Origin: Spirogloea muscicola
Taxonomy: Eukaryota
Direction of reading: 5' to 3'
Length of the DNA: 64,000 nt
Assembly: GCA_009602725.1 (NCBI GenBank)
Contig: WELB01000014.1
Coordinates: 1,201,828-1,265,827, forward strand
Position 1 is the first letter of the stretch. Each line of letters begins with the position of its first letter. Of this stretch, positions 36,851-49,119 are shown one piece after another. The position numbers and the translations under genes were made by a program. Below the pieces are notes generated by a model. The model saw only the letters and a list, made by a program, of their open reading frames with translations, did no database searches and had not been told where the DNA came from.

Positions 36851-38722
36851 TTATTTCTGCCGGCGGAGCCGTTGGCGGCACTTCCAGCAGCTCTGGCAGC
36901 TGCTGCCTGCTCTTAGCGCTGCTGCAGCCTGCACTGGCACTGATGGCAATGAGAACGGCCAGGACCGATCGTCGAGTACCTGACTGGCGCCACCAGTGCT
37001 CCAGGAGCTCTCAAGTCGCTGGAAGCGATCCTCCAGCTGATCAATACGGCCTTGCTGTCGCACCAGCTGCACCAGCCGCCACCAACAGGAGCACCTTCTC
37101 AGAAGACGATGACAGATACAAGGTGAAGCCCAACTTCCGTGACAGTGGATCAAGCATCAAAAGCACAAGATGCACTTCAAGCACTGGGAGCACGTCACCA
37201 GCAAAGCAGTGGCAGGCACTGTACCGCCCACAGGAGGTCATTCTCGTCCTGCAGTCGGTCGAGCTGTTGCAGTTGCAGCACAGTAACTGAAGCCATCAGC
37301 TCAACAGGCTCGCAATCATGTGGCAGGCTCCAATCTCTGTCACCCTAAGTCGCATGGGTAGCTTGGAAGTGGCTCTTAATGCTTGTTAGACATTTCATGG
37401 ACTGCACTGAAAAGATGCAGCAGGTGAAGTTGCCAAAGCTCACGGTAGTCCGCTCAGCTGTCGTCCCTGCCGTTCCTGCCACATGCGGTGCAGGCCCGGC
37501 TGAAGCTGCCGGGCTACTGATGCCCGTGGTGACCCTGTCCACATCTGAGGCTGCTGCAATTGGTTGTGCTGCAGTTGCTGGTGCAGGTAAGGACGACTCG
37601 GCCACCTGCCCCTGGGTTTCGAGCCGGGCCTGAAGCTGTTCAGCAAGGTGCGCCATCCCGGCCTGCAATGACCATGCCTCAATCAGCAGAGCAGCAGCAA
37701 TAGCTTTCAAATAGTCGAGCAGCCCAGCGTGGCCTCCTAGGGACAAGTCAATCAGGTTGCAAATGGTGTACGAGGCAATGGTGTTATATAGGAGTGTACT
37801 AAGATACGGAGCTAAATGTGGGTTACAGAGTGCGTGCATTGGCGAAAGAAAGATACGCACCTGCAGGGTGCGTGCAATCCGGGCTCCTACACCTGGCTTA
37901 AGCGCCAAGCCTGCTTGCACATTCATGTCCTTGATTTAGATGTTCATTTTGTTGCACTTTACACCGGGGGGCTCAAAGTGCGAAGCCCTGACTAGCTGCG
38001 CCGTCCTTCACCACTTTGCATGAGAGCTAGTAGGCATCATATTATGAAATCGCTTGGTTCTTAGTGTCAGACAATGTTCTCTTGGGCTCAGTGTCTAGGG
38101 GCCCGATTTGCGCCAGGTAACAGTGCTCAAGACAAGCCTGACAGGCATCGTTGAGGTAGATGGACCTCACCTACGCCAAAGCCGTGCCCAATACCAACAC
38201 CGCACCCGATACCCATCTCCAGCTTCTGGACGCCCAGTCGCTTGGCCTGCACGGAAGGGAGTGCAGCTTAAATGGAGGCAGCAGCAAACGAAGAGGAAAC
38301 CTAAAGAGTGTCCCAGGTCAATGCTGAGCGCCTCTCTTGGAGGGCAGGGGGCGTGGTGGTGGACCGCACAGCGGACCGGAAGAGGCGGCTGGAGTCGCCG
38401 AGCGACGTGTGCACGCCCTCGAAGGTGGCGATGACCTGGCCCACCACCGGCCCCACAATCGGCAGCGCGCCTGCGGCTCGCGACGTCGCAGACGCGCGTC
38501 AGCGGGCTGCCGGCAGTGCCGCGGGCTGCGGGCGGGGCGTGGGAAGGAGGGGGTCGGCCACTCGCCAACGTTCACCGGGCTGCCGACTTCGAGGCCAAGG
38601 CCGCAGCCGACGCCGACGCCCGTCATCACCTGCCCGACCCGGAACGTCACGGGGCTCTCGAACTCGGCCAGCCACCGGGGGACGCGCGGAGCCGCCGCCG
38701 CGCTGCCTCCGGGCACCACCAT
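36851..38722 (-). CDS. Conserved plant-type Gly-rich protein of unknown function
   Basis: Exons ESPVTFRVGQVMTGVGVGCGLGLEVGSPVNVG, MGIGCGVGIGHGFGV|GLALKPG, a short coiled-coil, and C-terminal CQSCWKCRQRLRRQK*. Confidence 0.72.
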
Positions 38723-39227
38723 GGCCGCTCCTTCCTCTGCCCTCAGTTCAGAACCTCACAGACTTCCCAAGTCCTGCGGGCCTTGAGCCCAAGTCGTGCT
38801 GCCTCCACCCTCCTCCCGTCACCCTCCGCCTGCTCTCGGCTGCTGTCATAGCCCCCGGCCACCGCCGCCGCCGCCGCCGCCCGGCCTTGGTCGCCACTGC
38901 CGCTGCCGCCTCTACCTGGCTGCCGCCTCTACCTGCTGCCCACCACTGCCAGGGCCGGTGTAGGACTCGCAGCCTTGCACCACGTGCTGCACAAGTGGCT
39001 CTTGAGGGGTTAGGGTTTGGGGGCCGCCGCTGACGGCGGTCCTGGATTCCTGCGCGGCCGCCGTGGAGCGCAGCGGCGCGGCCCGGCGCGCTGCGGGCGC
39101 CGACACCTATCCCTGCATCCAGAACCCCGACCCCCGACGGAGCACGACGGAACGGGGAGCGGACGATGGCTCCGTCCGTTCGCACGAGGCGTCGACGGCG
39201 AGCGCAACGTTACAGCCGCTCGTCCCG

Positions 39228-39242
39228 TTGTTCTAGAAGAAG
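39228..39242 (+). promoter_or_regulatory. Heat-shock-element-like core upstream of HIP
   Basis: GTTCTAGAAG (nTTCnnGAAn) ~135 bp before the HIP ATG, in a 647 bp divergent intergenic region. Confidence 0.5.
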
Positions 39243-39313
39243 CCCGTCTTGCTCATCTGAGCCACCCGAACTCTACCCCACTTTATCTGGCGCCGCCGCT
39301 ACCGCCGCCGCCG

Positions 39314-39344
<31 letters not shown>

Positions 39345-39369
39345 AGCCGCCGTCGCTGGCGCCGTCGCC

Positions 39370-42300
39370 ATGGACTCCGCGAAGGTTGCGCAGCTGCGGC
39401 AGTTCGTGACGCTGTGCCAAGCGTCGCCTGCCGTGCTCGCCTCGCCCAACCTGCGCTTCTTCCGCGACTACCTCGAAGGGTGCGCCTCCTCTTACCCCGG
39501 CCATTGCAGCTGCGCATCGGTTTCTGCTTGTCCCCACCACGGGCTTGCCGTACCGGGCTCTGTCTCGGTCCTCCGTGACGCAAGTGGCTGCTCACCTGGC
39601 GGACTGAGCTGTTGGCCGCGCTGGCGTGTGTGGCAGGCTGGGGGCGAAGCTTCCTGCGGAGGCTTATGGCTCGGTGAGCGCCTCTTGCTGCCCCTGTTTC
39701 ACGGCAGGCTGCCATGGTTATCTGTAGTCGTTGCGGCTACTTCTGGCACTGATAGCAGCCTACTATTCTTCTGAGACGAGACTAGGCGGAGCCCTATTAG
39801 ACTCATGTACGCCTACTGCAGCTGCCGCTTGCTGAGAGTTACCAGGTTTTGTGGTGGGCTTTTACAGGAGCCAGAGAGTGATGCGGGAGGGGCAGCTCAA
39901 GAGCCGCGGCACCACGAGCACGCGAGGGAGGAGTCAGCTGTTCCCGTGGTGGAGGAGGAACAGGAGGAGAAGGACGAGGGCTTGCCGCCAGAGCCAGAGC
40001 TTGACATGGAGTCGGTTGTAGAGCCTGACGAGGAGCCTTCGCAGAAGGTGCAGCCAGAACTGAAGCGCTCACAGTGAGGCAGGGCACGTGGGATGCATCC
40101 TTGCCGAAGCTTAGATCGCACATGTCTGGTGCTGAATCAGTAGCTGCGCAGCGGTCATGATCCACATTCAGGCCCTGGATCAAATTCATACACAGCGAAC
40201 GTATTTTGGTTGAGGAGGGCTGTTAAGCTTGTCGCGCTTACTGATTCAACTCTTGACTCTTTGTCCACTTTGTTTGTGAAGATGGGGGATCCAGACATTG
40301 AAGTCACAGATGAGATGATGGACAAGGCTCAGTTGGCTAAGGCGGAGGCTACAGAGGCTCTAGCCTCAGGTGTGCTCTGAGGCATCCGTTTACTCATCTC
40401 TTACATTGGAATTGGTTCTCATGGTTTCCCACTGCATCATTCGGATATTTATGTCTAGAGATTCTTGTCAAGCTTTGAATGAACACTTGTATGTCTTACA
40501 TGAGCACTCGTATGTGACGGTCTTATTACAGGTGATTACGAGAAGGCTTTGGAAGGATTCACAGAGGCCATCCTGAATAATCCATCGTCAGCCATTCCGT
40601 ACGCAAGCAGAGGTACGCAAGCAGAGTACGACAATCGCATGCTCCCAGCAAGCGGGGCAGTGGACTTTCCTAGCAATCCTGCTGGCTTCAGTTGAGGTTT
40701 GTAAGGTACTAAGCAAGCATGGTATGTCTTGCAGCGAGTCTTTTTGTCCGCATGAAGAAGCCCAATGCTGCCATAGCAGATTGTGATGCTGCTCTTCAGG
40801 TACGCTTGCATTATGTTGAGACATCGACAAGGCAGGTGGTCATCACAAAGCAAATGTTGAATCGTAGGATAAACTCAGTGTCAACTTATTGTGGAAGATA
40901 ATCACTACTGCTCCCTGTTCTTTGTCTCCTCCCCTGAAGGACGTTCGGTGTCAACATGCAGTGTGCATCAGCTGGAAAACCTCACAGCAGTATTTGCCAT
41001 GCATGTCAAGTTGGTATTCCAATGATTCAGTACGGCCAATCTCTAGGAGCACAACTCAACACAGCCGTTTTCTTGGTGCAAGACAGCTCAATCCTGACTC
41101 CGCCAAGGCGCACAAGTGGAGGGGGGAGGCTAAAGCTCTTCTTGGGCAGTGGGAGGAGGCTGCGAAGGACCTCCGCTTTGCCTGCCAGATTGACTATGAT
41201 GAAGAGGCAGCAGCTACGTTGAAGCGCGTATGTGATGATCTGATTTTTGTGCATGACCATGTGCATGTCAAACTCAAATCAGCAGTTCAGACAAGCAAGT
41301 TTTGCAATGCACATTATACTATCATGCAGATGTACCTTGCTAGTGCTTCACGTGGGTGCTAGTTGCTGTGAAACCATGAAGTGCCGAGCCTCATCTTTTC
41401 CTTGTGCCCTTGGTGCAGATTGAGCCAAACGTGCACAAGTTGGAGGAGTACCAACGACAGGTTGCCAGGCAGCAAAAAGCCCGTGAAGATAGGGAGCGCC
41501 AGCAGCGGCGAGCAGAAGCTCAGGCAATGACTCAGCCAAGCCTGCCCTCCTTGTGGTATCATCCTTGGGTGGGCTGTTTCCTGTACAAGGATTCAGTGGT
41601 AGACGATTTTAGGCCTCATGGCATAAGTCATATGTTAGGCTTGTAAGGTAGACCTGTCATATATCAAACACACTGAAATTAAGTATGTTGATTCAAAGCT
41701 TTTGAATTTGTGCAGGCAAGGTATGATGCAGCGAGCAAGAGGGATGCAGGCACGCCCAGCGGAAGCAGGAGCGCGCCTAGGGGCCCCGGTGGCATGCCCG
41801 GCGGGATGCCTCCTGGCATGGACAAAGTGTTCAATGTACGACTCACAATAGTCATGCAGCCCCTTACTTGCCTGGTGTAATATGAAGTCAACCATCTCAC
41901 CACAAGCAAGATCTGGAAGAAGTGTAACTCCATCTGTCACTTTCAGGACTGTACGTCGGTTGTATCTGCAGCAGTGCATTCCAGTGGTCTGCTCACCTCC
42001 TAATTCGAGCATCTTGTACTGAGTAACTTCTTGAAGATTGCGCAGGACCCGGAGATGATGGCTGCATTTTCAGACCCAGAGGTTATGGCTGCCTTGCAGG
42101 ACGGTGAGAATGTAGTCAAGCATAGCTCCTTCTTGTGAAGACAAGCAAGTAAAACCTTTTCTCCTGGAACGCAAATGTGAAGGGATCAGCTGAATCAGGA
42201 CTGTCCTGCTACCTTCAGTGTCTTGTTTTCATGCCTTCAGCTATTACTACGTGCAGAGACCGTCAAATGTATACTGACACTGAGGGGGCCAATAGCTTGG

Positions 42301-42569
42301 GCATCTTGTCTGAGTCAAATGGCTTGATCTTTTATGTCTGCTCTTTCCCTGTTAGCTATCGCTAGTCCGTGCACTTTGCTACATACTCTCTTACAAAGGC
42401 ATTGTGTTACTCTATTGCAGTGATGAGCAATCCAGCCAACATTGCAAAGCACGCCGGCAACCCGAAGGTTGGCCCAATCCTTACCAAGCTCATGACTAAG
42501 TTCGGAGGAGGTGCTGGAATGGCGTCAGGTATGGGTGGAGGCATGGGCGGAGGAGTGGGGGCAGTATAA
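39370..42569 (+). CDS. HIP: Hsc70-interacting protein (HIP/ST13/FAM10): HipN, TPR, charged region, GGMP, STI1
   Basis: [121 protein letters not shown]. Confidence 0.95.
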
Positions 42570-42999
42570 ATTGTGACGTTCTAGCGACATTTGTGACACT
42601 TGAGCGATTCGGTCCTCTATTGACTGCTGCCTTTTACTCGGCAATACTGGTGCTGCTGAATACAGCTGTGCAAAACTCACAGAAGCCAAAAGCAAAGCTG
42701 AGCAATATGCCCTGGGTAGTGTGCATTTGGTACATGGTGTTGCAAGCGTGCTTAGTGCATTACTGTTTGATAAGTAACTTGCTCAGATTCGGAGAGGAAG
42801 AGGTTTGGTGCTCGTTGCGCTAGTGGGCCAAGCCGAGGGTGGAATGGTGCGCAAACATAGGCAATGCGTTGATTGTACAGCTGTCTAGTCTAGGTACTAC
42901 CTTGACAAGTCATACACAAGGCAATGACTCGTATGATGAGCAGCCTCTGGCTTCACAATTCTTCTCATCTTTAGGATTCAAGGCACAGAAGAGCACGGA

Positions 43000-43060
43000 G
43001 TGGGTAGTCACAATGTGACTACCCACAATGGGTAGTCACAATGTAGTCACATGACTACAT
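43000..43060. repeat. Nested palindromic micro-repeat
   Basis: GTGGGTAGTCACA-A-TGTGACTACCCAC (13 bp arms), a third direct copy, then ATGTAGTCA-CA-TGACTACAT. Confidence 0.85.
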
Positions 43061-46000
43061 GGGTGCCACGTAGGCAGCGTGGCAGTTAGAAGGCCCTGGC
43101 TTTTGTCCACGAGGTCTATTCAGACAGAGGGGTGAGAGGGGTCCAGGTTGGGGCTTCAAGACTGAGGGGTAAATCCTTGTTCTATCAGGCATGGGATAGA
43201 TTATTCTCTCCCTTCGCAAAGCGCTGACTGCAAAACTAATAGCTTGCGCTCTGCCACCGTAGGGCCAGCAGTACCACAAGAGGTCTTTGCTTGTGCCAAT
43301 GCCTGTCTGGAGCCATTGAGCTGTTGTGAGGAAAATGGCAGAAGTGCAGGGAAATGAATGTCCTCTACAATGGAGGGGGAGATGCCAGCTTACAGTAGTA
43401 ACTAAAACTGAGGTCCGCTGGTCGTGTGCTTATTATCAACATGGGTTAAAACACGTCCACTTACGTCTCCAAGAGGACCTACACGTACCTTGGTTTGTGT
43501 CAATCTGATCGGCTCTGCTATCAGCATAAGAACTGTGCCAAGCAGTTTTACTCCTGGTGTGCCTGTGCTCCGTTGTACAGTGCCAATAAAATCCATTCCT
43601 CGTGGCAATCTATGCCTGTTCTGCAATATATCTACGAGTACCGGGGCCGGAAGATCGTTGCTTGCTGTCATCTCGGCCTGTGAATATGCTATCGCATGCA
43701 CCTTAAATCATGTTGCAAGAAGTTGTATACCTACAAAGTGTGACGCTTTCACATCCATCTTGAGAGCAGCGGTTCACCTGTATATACATCAGCGCCTGCT
43801 GATGGAAGTCAGCCATCATGCTGATGGGTTCATATGCAGCTGCATATGAACCATGCAGAGGAATCTAGGGGGTATGCTATTGCTGATGGGGTCATGCCAA
43901 CCCATCGATGCAAAGGGTATCTGTACGTTCTCAGAATTACCGCGTTATTCATATTGCACTTAATATCCAGCACTGTCAGCACATCATCTCTCTTTAGCGC
44001 TTTTACATCAGTTAACCTGTCTGTGGAGAAGGTGCATAACAATAAGTCGAAAAGTCCACCCAGGCCCTGGAAGTGACTCTTGCTTCCAGAAGGCCTACAA
44101 CACTGACCCAGAATGGCTCATTCTATAGAGTGAAGAGGCGTCTGATACGGTCGTCCAAGAGGAGGGACGATATGACGTGTCAAAAAGGGACTGCAACAGC
44201 AGGGGAGGAGACGCCTCCTCAACCGAAAGACCAGGTGCTGCTAATGACACACTCAAGCATTCTCCACACTCAACAGCACCTAGGATGAGAGTTATGTACT
44301 AAAGCAAGATGCTAACCAAGTAATGCAGATACATTGTTGATTGTTGGTACATTCAAGAGCGAAGGATTAGTTGCACTCAGGTAATGTGGCACCATGCAGG
44401 GGCAGAATTGTACTAGGCCAGCCCACATGTACTTATGCAAATGTACTGTTTAAATAAATAGAGCGGAATCAGCAAATAAATAGAGCGGAATCGGCAAGCA
44501 TCAAGGAAAGAGGCCGATGTGGTAAGCCGATGTAGTGATACGAGCAGCTCTCACATGCTCAGTGGCCCCACTACAGCAGCCGGAGGTATTTCATATGAGT
44601 GCAGGTGGATTACGCCAAGGTGGATTACGCCAACGGCAAGACCGGTGTAGCAGCTGTTAAGCAACAGCTCTTCCAAATCAAGGCAGTGGCTGGGGATGGC
44701 CAGCTTAAAGAAGGGTCTGTGACCAAGATCCACAAAGTCAAGTGACACGTGCAAGGCTTAGGCTTGAGAACACTGACATAAAGGAGAGCAAGCCCGTTGT
44801 CAAAGTGATTTGTAAATTTGTAATTTGTAAATGGCACGTCAGTGGAACTTCAAACCTAAAACCCTCTCAGTAAAGGCAACACACCTTCATTTTCTGGCCT
44901 ATGCAATGCAGATTGCAGACAACCATCCCCACACAAATTCTAGTCGTACGAAGTATTTGCATTCATTATGCATTTCCGGATAGCAGCTCTAGTGGTCATG
45001 CAAACGACTGGGATTGAAATTTCGCGACCAAGGGCCATCCAAGGGAGTCTGCAAGGATCACTTTGGTGTCTCCGACACGTTGTCGCTCTCACCAGTTGCA
45101 GCCTTGCTATTCACATTGTTGCAGAATATATCCTGCTGTTCAATCATCAGCTTCATAGCAAAGCAGAGGCCAACAAGGGGAACTCGAAACTATTATCCAT
45201 GAGTAACGAATGCAGGCTTTGCTGTGAATGCACCTGTAGCCAACTTGAGATTGCCACACGTGTTCTTCCTATGATCGTCACAGAAGACATGCTTGGTCTG
45301 CTTATGTGGAGGCCCGCATGGAGACTTACCACCAGATCGACCGTTGCGAGCCATTATACAACTCACAAAGAGAACCATAGCAATCACGGTACTGTGCTTC
45401 ATCAGAATGTACCTTGATCAACATGGTGAAGCACTATCCTCTCTGCCTCCGTTCCATCAGATACAGAAACTCACTGAAGCTCAAAGACAAGTGCTTCAGA
45501 CAAGTGCTTCAACTGCGGTGTGCATCCTGAAAGTAACATCAGTTGACAATAGAACGTCTAACAGGCGCATAAATGTTGGCAACAGTTCTTGGCAACGCTC
45601 ATCAACTAAGTCCTCGACTTGTAAAGTTTGCCAGAAAACGGGCATTTGGCACCACTAGGCTCAAATTACTCCTGCCTCATAGGCTGTGATTCATTGTTGC
45701 GCCTGCTGCCATTCTACCCGTCAGAATGTTATCGAACTCCTGTCTAAATGGGATTCCTGGGTAAAGTCTTCTTCTACACTTGAACCTGCTTGTGGCAAGG
45801 CAGTAGAGACCATCTTACTGTTAGTCAAACAACTGCCAGCGACGAGCTGCTAATTCAACTCTGCAATGTCATTCATGCTGCGCGAATATGATGTCCTACG
45901 GATTAGCATGCTCAGCGGACAAAGTCCCTTCTCTTTTTGCGCATTCAGCTCTCAGAGCAATTGGCAAAATCTTTCAGCATTGTCTATCCGTATGCCCAGT

Positions 46001-47775
46001 TTAGTAGAATGGGAGCAATTGGCAACAGATGTTTGAAGCTGTACTGCGCAATGATTGCTGGATGCCCGTTCTTTCCCCCCGAAAGCATGACATCCCTAAT
46101 TTCTAGACCCTAGCAGCAGCATGAAGAGCAATAAAGAAAGAGGAAAATTGTAGGTCACCAACTTGAGTTCTGTAGACTGCATTGAAGACTTACTTATGCA
46201 TCTTATATGACTTTCTTAGTCATTCTTTCCTCGACGTCCTTTCTTCCAATCGCAGGCAGAGCATAATGTGCAATTGTTGTGCCTCCTATTCTGCCGCTAT
46301 TTTGGTTATCCTCTTTGGAAAGCCAGCCATGAGCCCAAGGCTCCATACCTGCATATTTTCCATCAAATGCTTGCTTAATTATGACCTGTTACACATGCTT
46401 CACGTACTTGTCTTCCTTCTCCGATTGCTGGTGCCGCATGACGAGCAAATGTCTGGCCCTGAAGAATGGCTCTCTTGCAGCCACCTTGCGAGTTCTGACA
46501 GCCAACTCTTCATGCCGATGAGGTTTCACAAGTGAAACCTTATGCTCTATCCATTACTGCAATGGTAGTAACCACCGGTGATAGCGACAACCTATCTGCG
46601 ACCAAATTTCACTAAATCCAGTTTGTAGAGCACTGTCATCTCAGTATCTGCTGAGCACGGTGGTTTAAAATCTCCTTGACGGGTCCACACACACATCATT
46701 CGAGGCCTTCCCTGCTTCAGAAGCCCCACTGCACCTGCTTCAGAAGCCCCACTGCAAATGGGCTTGGCTTCATGAGCCCTACCAAGCCTTGGCAGTGGTA
46801 TCTGCATTATACAATTTGTACAATGCAACATGATTGTGTCTCAAATTAAGCACAGCAACTGCTTTGGCCAGGTGATCTTGACTACGCCAATGCTGTAGAT
46901 GGATAGGCGCCGTGATCCTCCCCGGCGGATCTTGCTACGCTCCACTTTGTCCTGCAGTCCTGTCGCTTGCAGCACAATATGCGCCACTGCTCTTCAAAAT
47001 GTAAACGTAGACCCTTCAGACCACGAAGCCTGCAGCTTGGATGGAGCTCAAAATGTAACCTGAGGAGATTGCGGCTGCAGCCAATGGACTCATGCCCTCT
47101 TGAGCCGAGCTTGTTCCTGGTGCTCGCTCGGAGCTGAGTGAGCCTCAAGTTCAGGCGTCTGGTCGAGGCTCACCTTTGGCTCAGGCTACGGAGATTCAGC
47201 TTCGTGTCTCGCTCTTCTATTACTCGTCGCTTATGGTGATGGGAGAAGACGTCCGGGGACCCAGGCCGGCAGCAACTCAGGAAGGTGGTGTGGGTGGTGG
47301 GCTGCAAGTTGGCGTGGTGGAGAAGGAACTCGGCGGCCCCATATTGAAGTGTGGTGTTGTTTGTCGAGCCAGACGGGCAGTGCCGTGGCTGTCCCCAGAA
47401 AGCCCGTCGTCGGTCCCACGCCTCCTGAATGAAAAAGAGAAGAAGTGAGCTCTTCCAAAGGCACTCGGGCAGTGAATGGCCAACCCAGGGGAGGTCTGAA
47501 TGGCCGAAAACGCCAGAACTTCAGCTTTGAGACTACAGCAGATTGTGGGTAGAGGGAAGACTGTTCCACTAGACGGCGATTAGTCATCCCAGAAAAAGAA
47601 TGAACAAAGGGGGGGGCGATGACTGCGTAAGGCCAGCCCAAAGAGAGAAGGCGCGCGGGGCGCATGAATTGAAAGGGAGGCCAATTCAAGCCAATACATT
47701 GTTCAGGCAGAGTCGAGTGCAGACTAAAGAGGAAACTACCCCGGTAGAGGGTTTCGGAACCAAGGGGCCCGGAAA

Positions 47776-47870
47776 AGGCCAGAAAAGCGCTGAAGCACAC
47801 TGCGACTCAGGTGGCCACTTGGAATGGCCAGAAAAGCGCGAAAGCACAGTGCGACTCAAGTGGCCACTGG
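47776..47870 (+). repeat. ~50 bp tandem duplication next to repeat C and RLE-tail relics (47460-47710)
   Basis: GGCCAGAAAAGCGCxxAAGCACAxTGCGACTCAxGTGGCCACT x2. Confidence 0.75.
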
Positions 47871-49119
47871 TGCTCAAATCACCCTTGTTGGGCAGCCGCA
47901 GGTCAGAGAAACTGGTGGAGCAGAGGATGATATTTGATGATACTTCCTCCGGGCGGGAGAACTCTTGGATCAGGAGTCCCTCGGCCGCTCGTCGCCGTTC
48001 CGTCTGGGCGGTGGGCGGCTGCTGCGGCGGGAGCGGGGGAACATTCCGCGACGGGCACGCGCGGCGTACGGGCGTGGTCAACGGCGGGGCCCGCGCCAGG
48101 CTGGCGCCGGCACCTGGCAGGTCGCGGCAGCATAGGCGGGTGAGCACGGGGCGCGTCGTGGCCCGGCGAGAAGTGGGGCCGGCCGCGACGCCACGTGGCG
48201 GAAGGAGGGGGGTCCTCCCGGGCCCAGGGAGGCCGCGGGGGGCTCCGCATTGGGCGACGGGGAAGCAGATGGTTACGATTGGCGCGCGGGGGCCCCGACA
48301 AGGCGGCCGCCCGGACGGAGGGGGGCACCGCCCCGAGGCCACGTGTAAGGGCCGCCGGGGCCGGCGGCGGCGGACGCGTGCTTGGCGACGGCGGCGGGCG
48401 GCGCTGACGCCAGCATCCTCGCAAAATGCGGCGCGCGCGGCGGGCGTGGCGGGGCCCTCGGGCGTGGGGGCGGCCCGGCGCCGCGCCACTTGGGGAGAGA
48501 GGAGCATCTGGGCGCCGCTGCTGTGGGCCCCTCCCCCTACAACGGAAAGTGATGCACTTCCCCGTCGGGGGGCTGTGAATGGCGGAAAGCTACAGACAGC
48601 TCCTTCCAATGTGAGGCGAGAGGCCAGCCCAGAGGAATGAGAAACGAGAGCAGGGGCTCTTGCATGAGAGGGCCATGGCCGTGACTGGGAAGCCGAGGAT
48701 CGATCAAGAGGTAACGAAGCTCGAAGGGCCCCAGAAGAGCGCCCAGAAGGCGTCCATACAAGGTCTGAGGAAAGGAGAAAGGAAGGCCCTCGGAAAGAAA
48801 AGCCCCCCCGAGCGCGCGCGCGCGCACACCCACCGCGTGGGGGTCGTCCGGCACCGGCTGTGGCGGGCCCTCCACTCCGGGCGACGACAAGCGGACGTCC
48901 CGGCGGCGCGCCGCGGGCGACTCCCGGCGACACACCCGGCCACCCTGCCTGAATAATATCAGCAAAAAACGTATCATTTCCTCCCACCCCCACGGGAGGC
49001 CGCGAGGTTCCCCCCCCCCGCGGCCGAGCTGCGTTCCCCCTCCATGGCCGCCGCCCCCCCCGACCACTGACCCTCGCGAAGCCCCGCCTTCCCCCGTCTC
49101 TGCCAGCGAGCGGCCCGCC

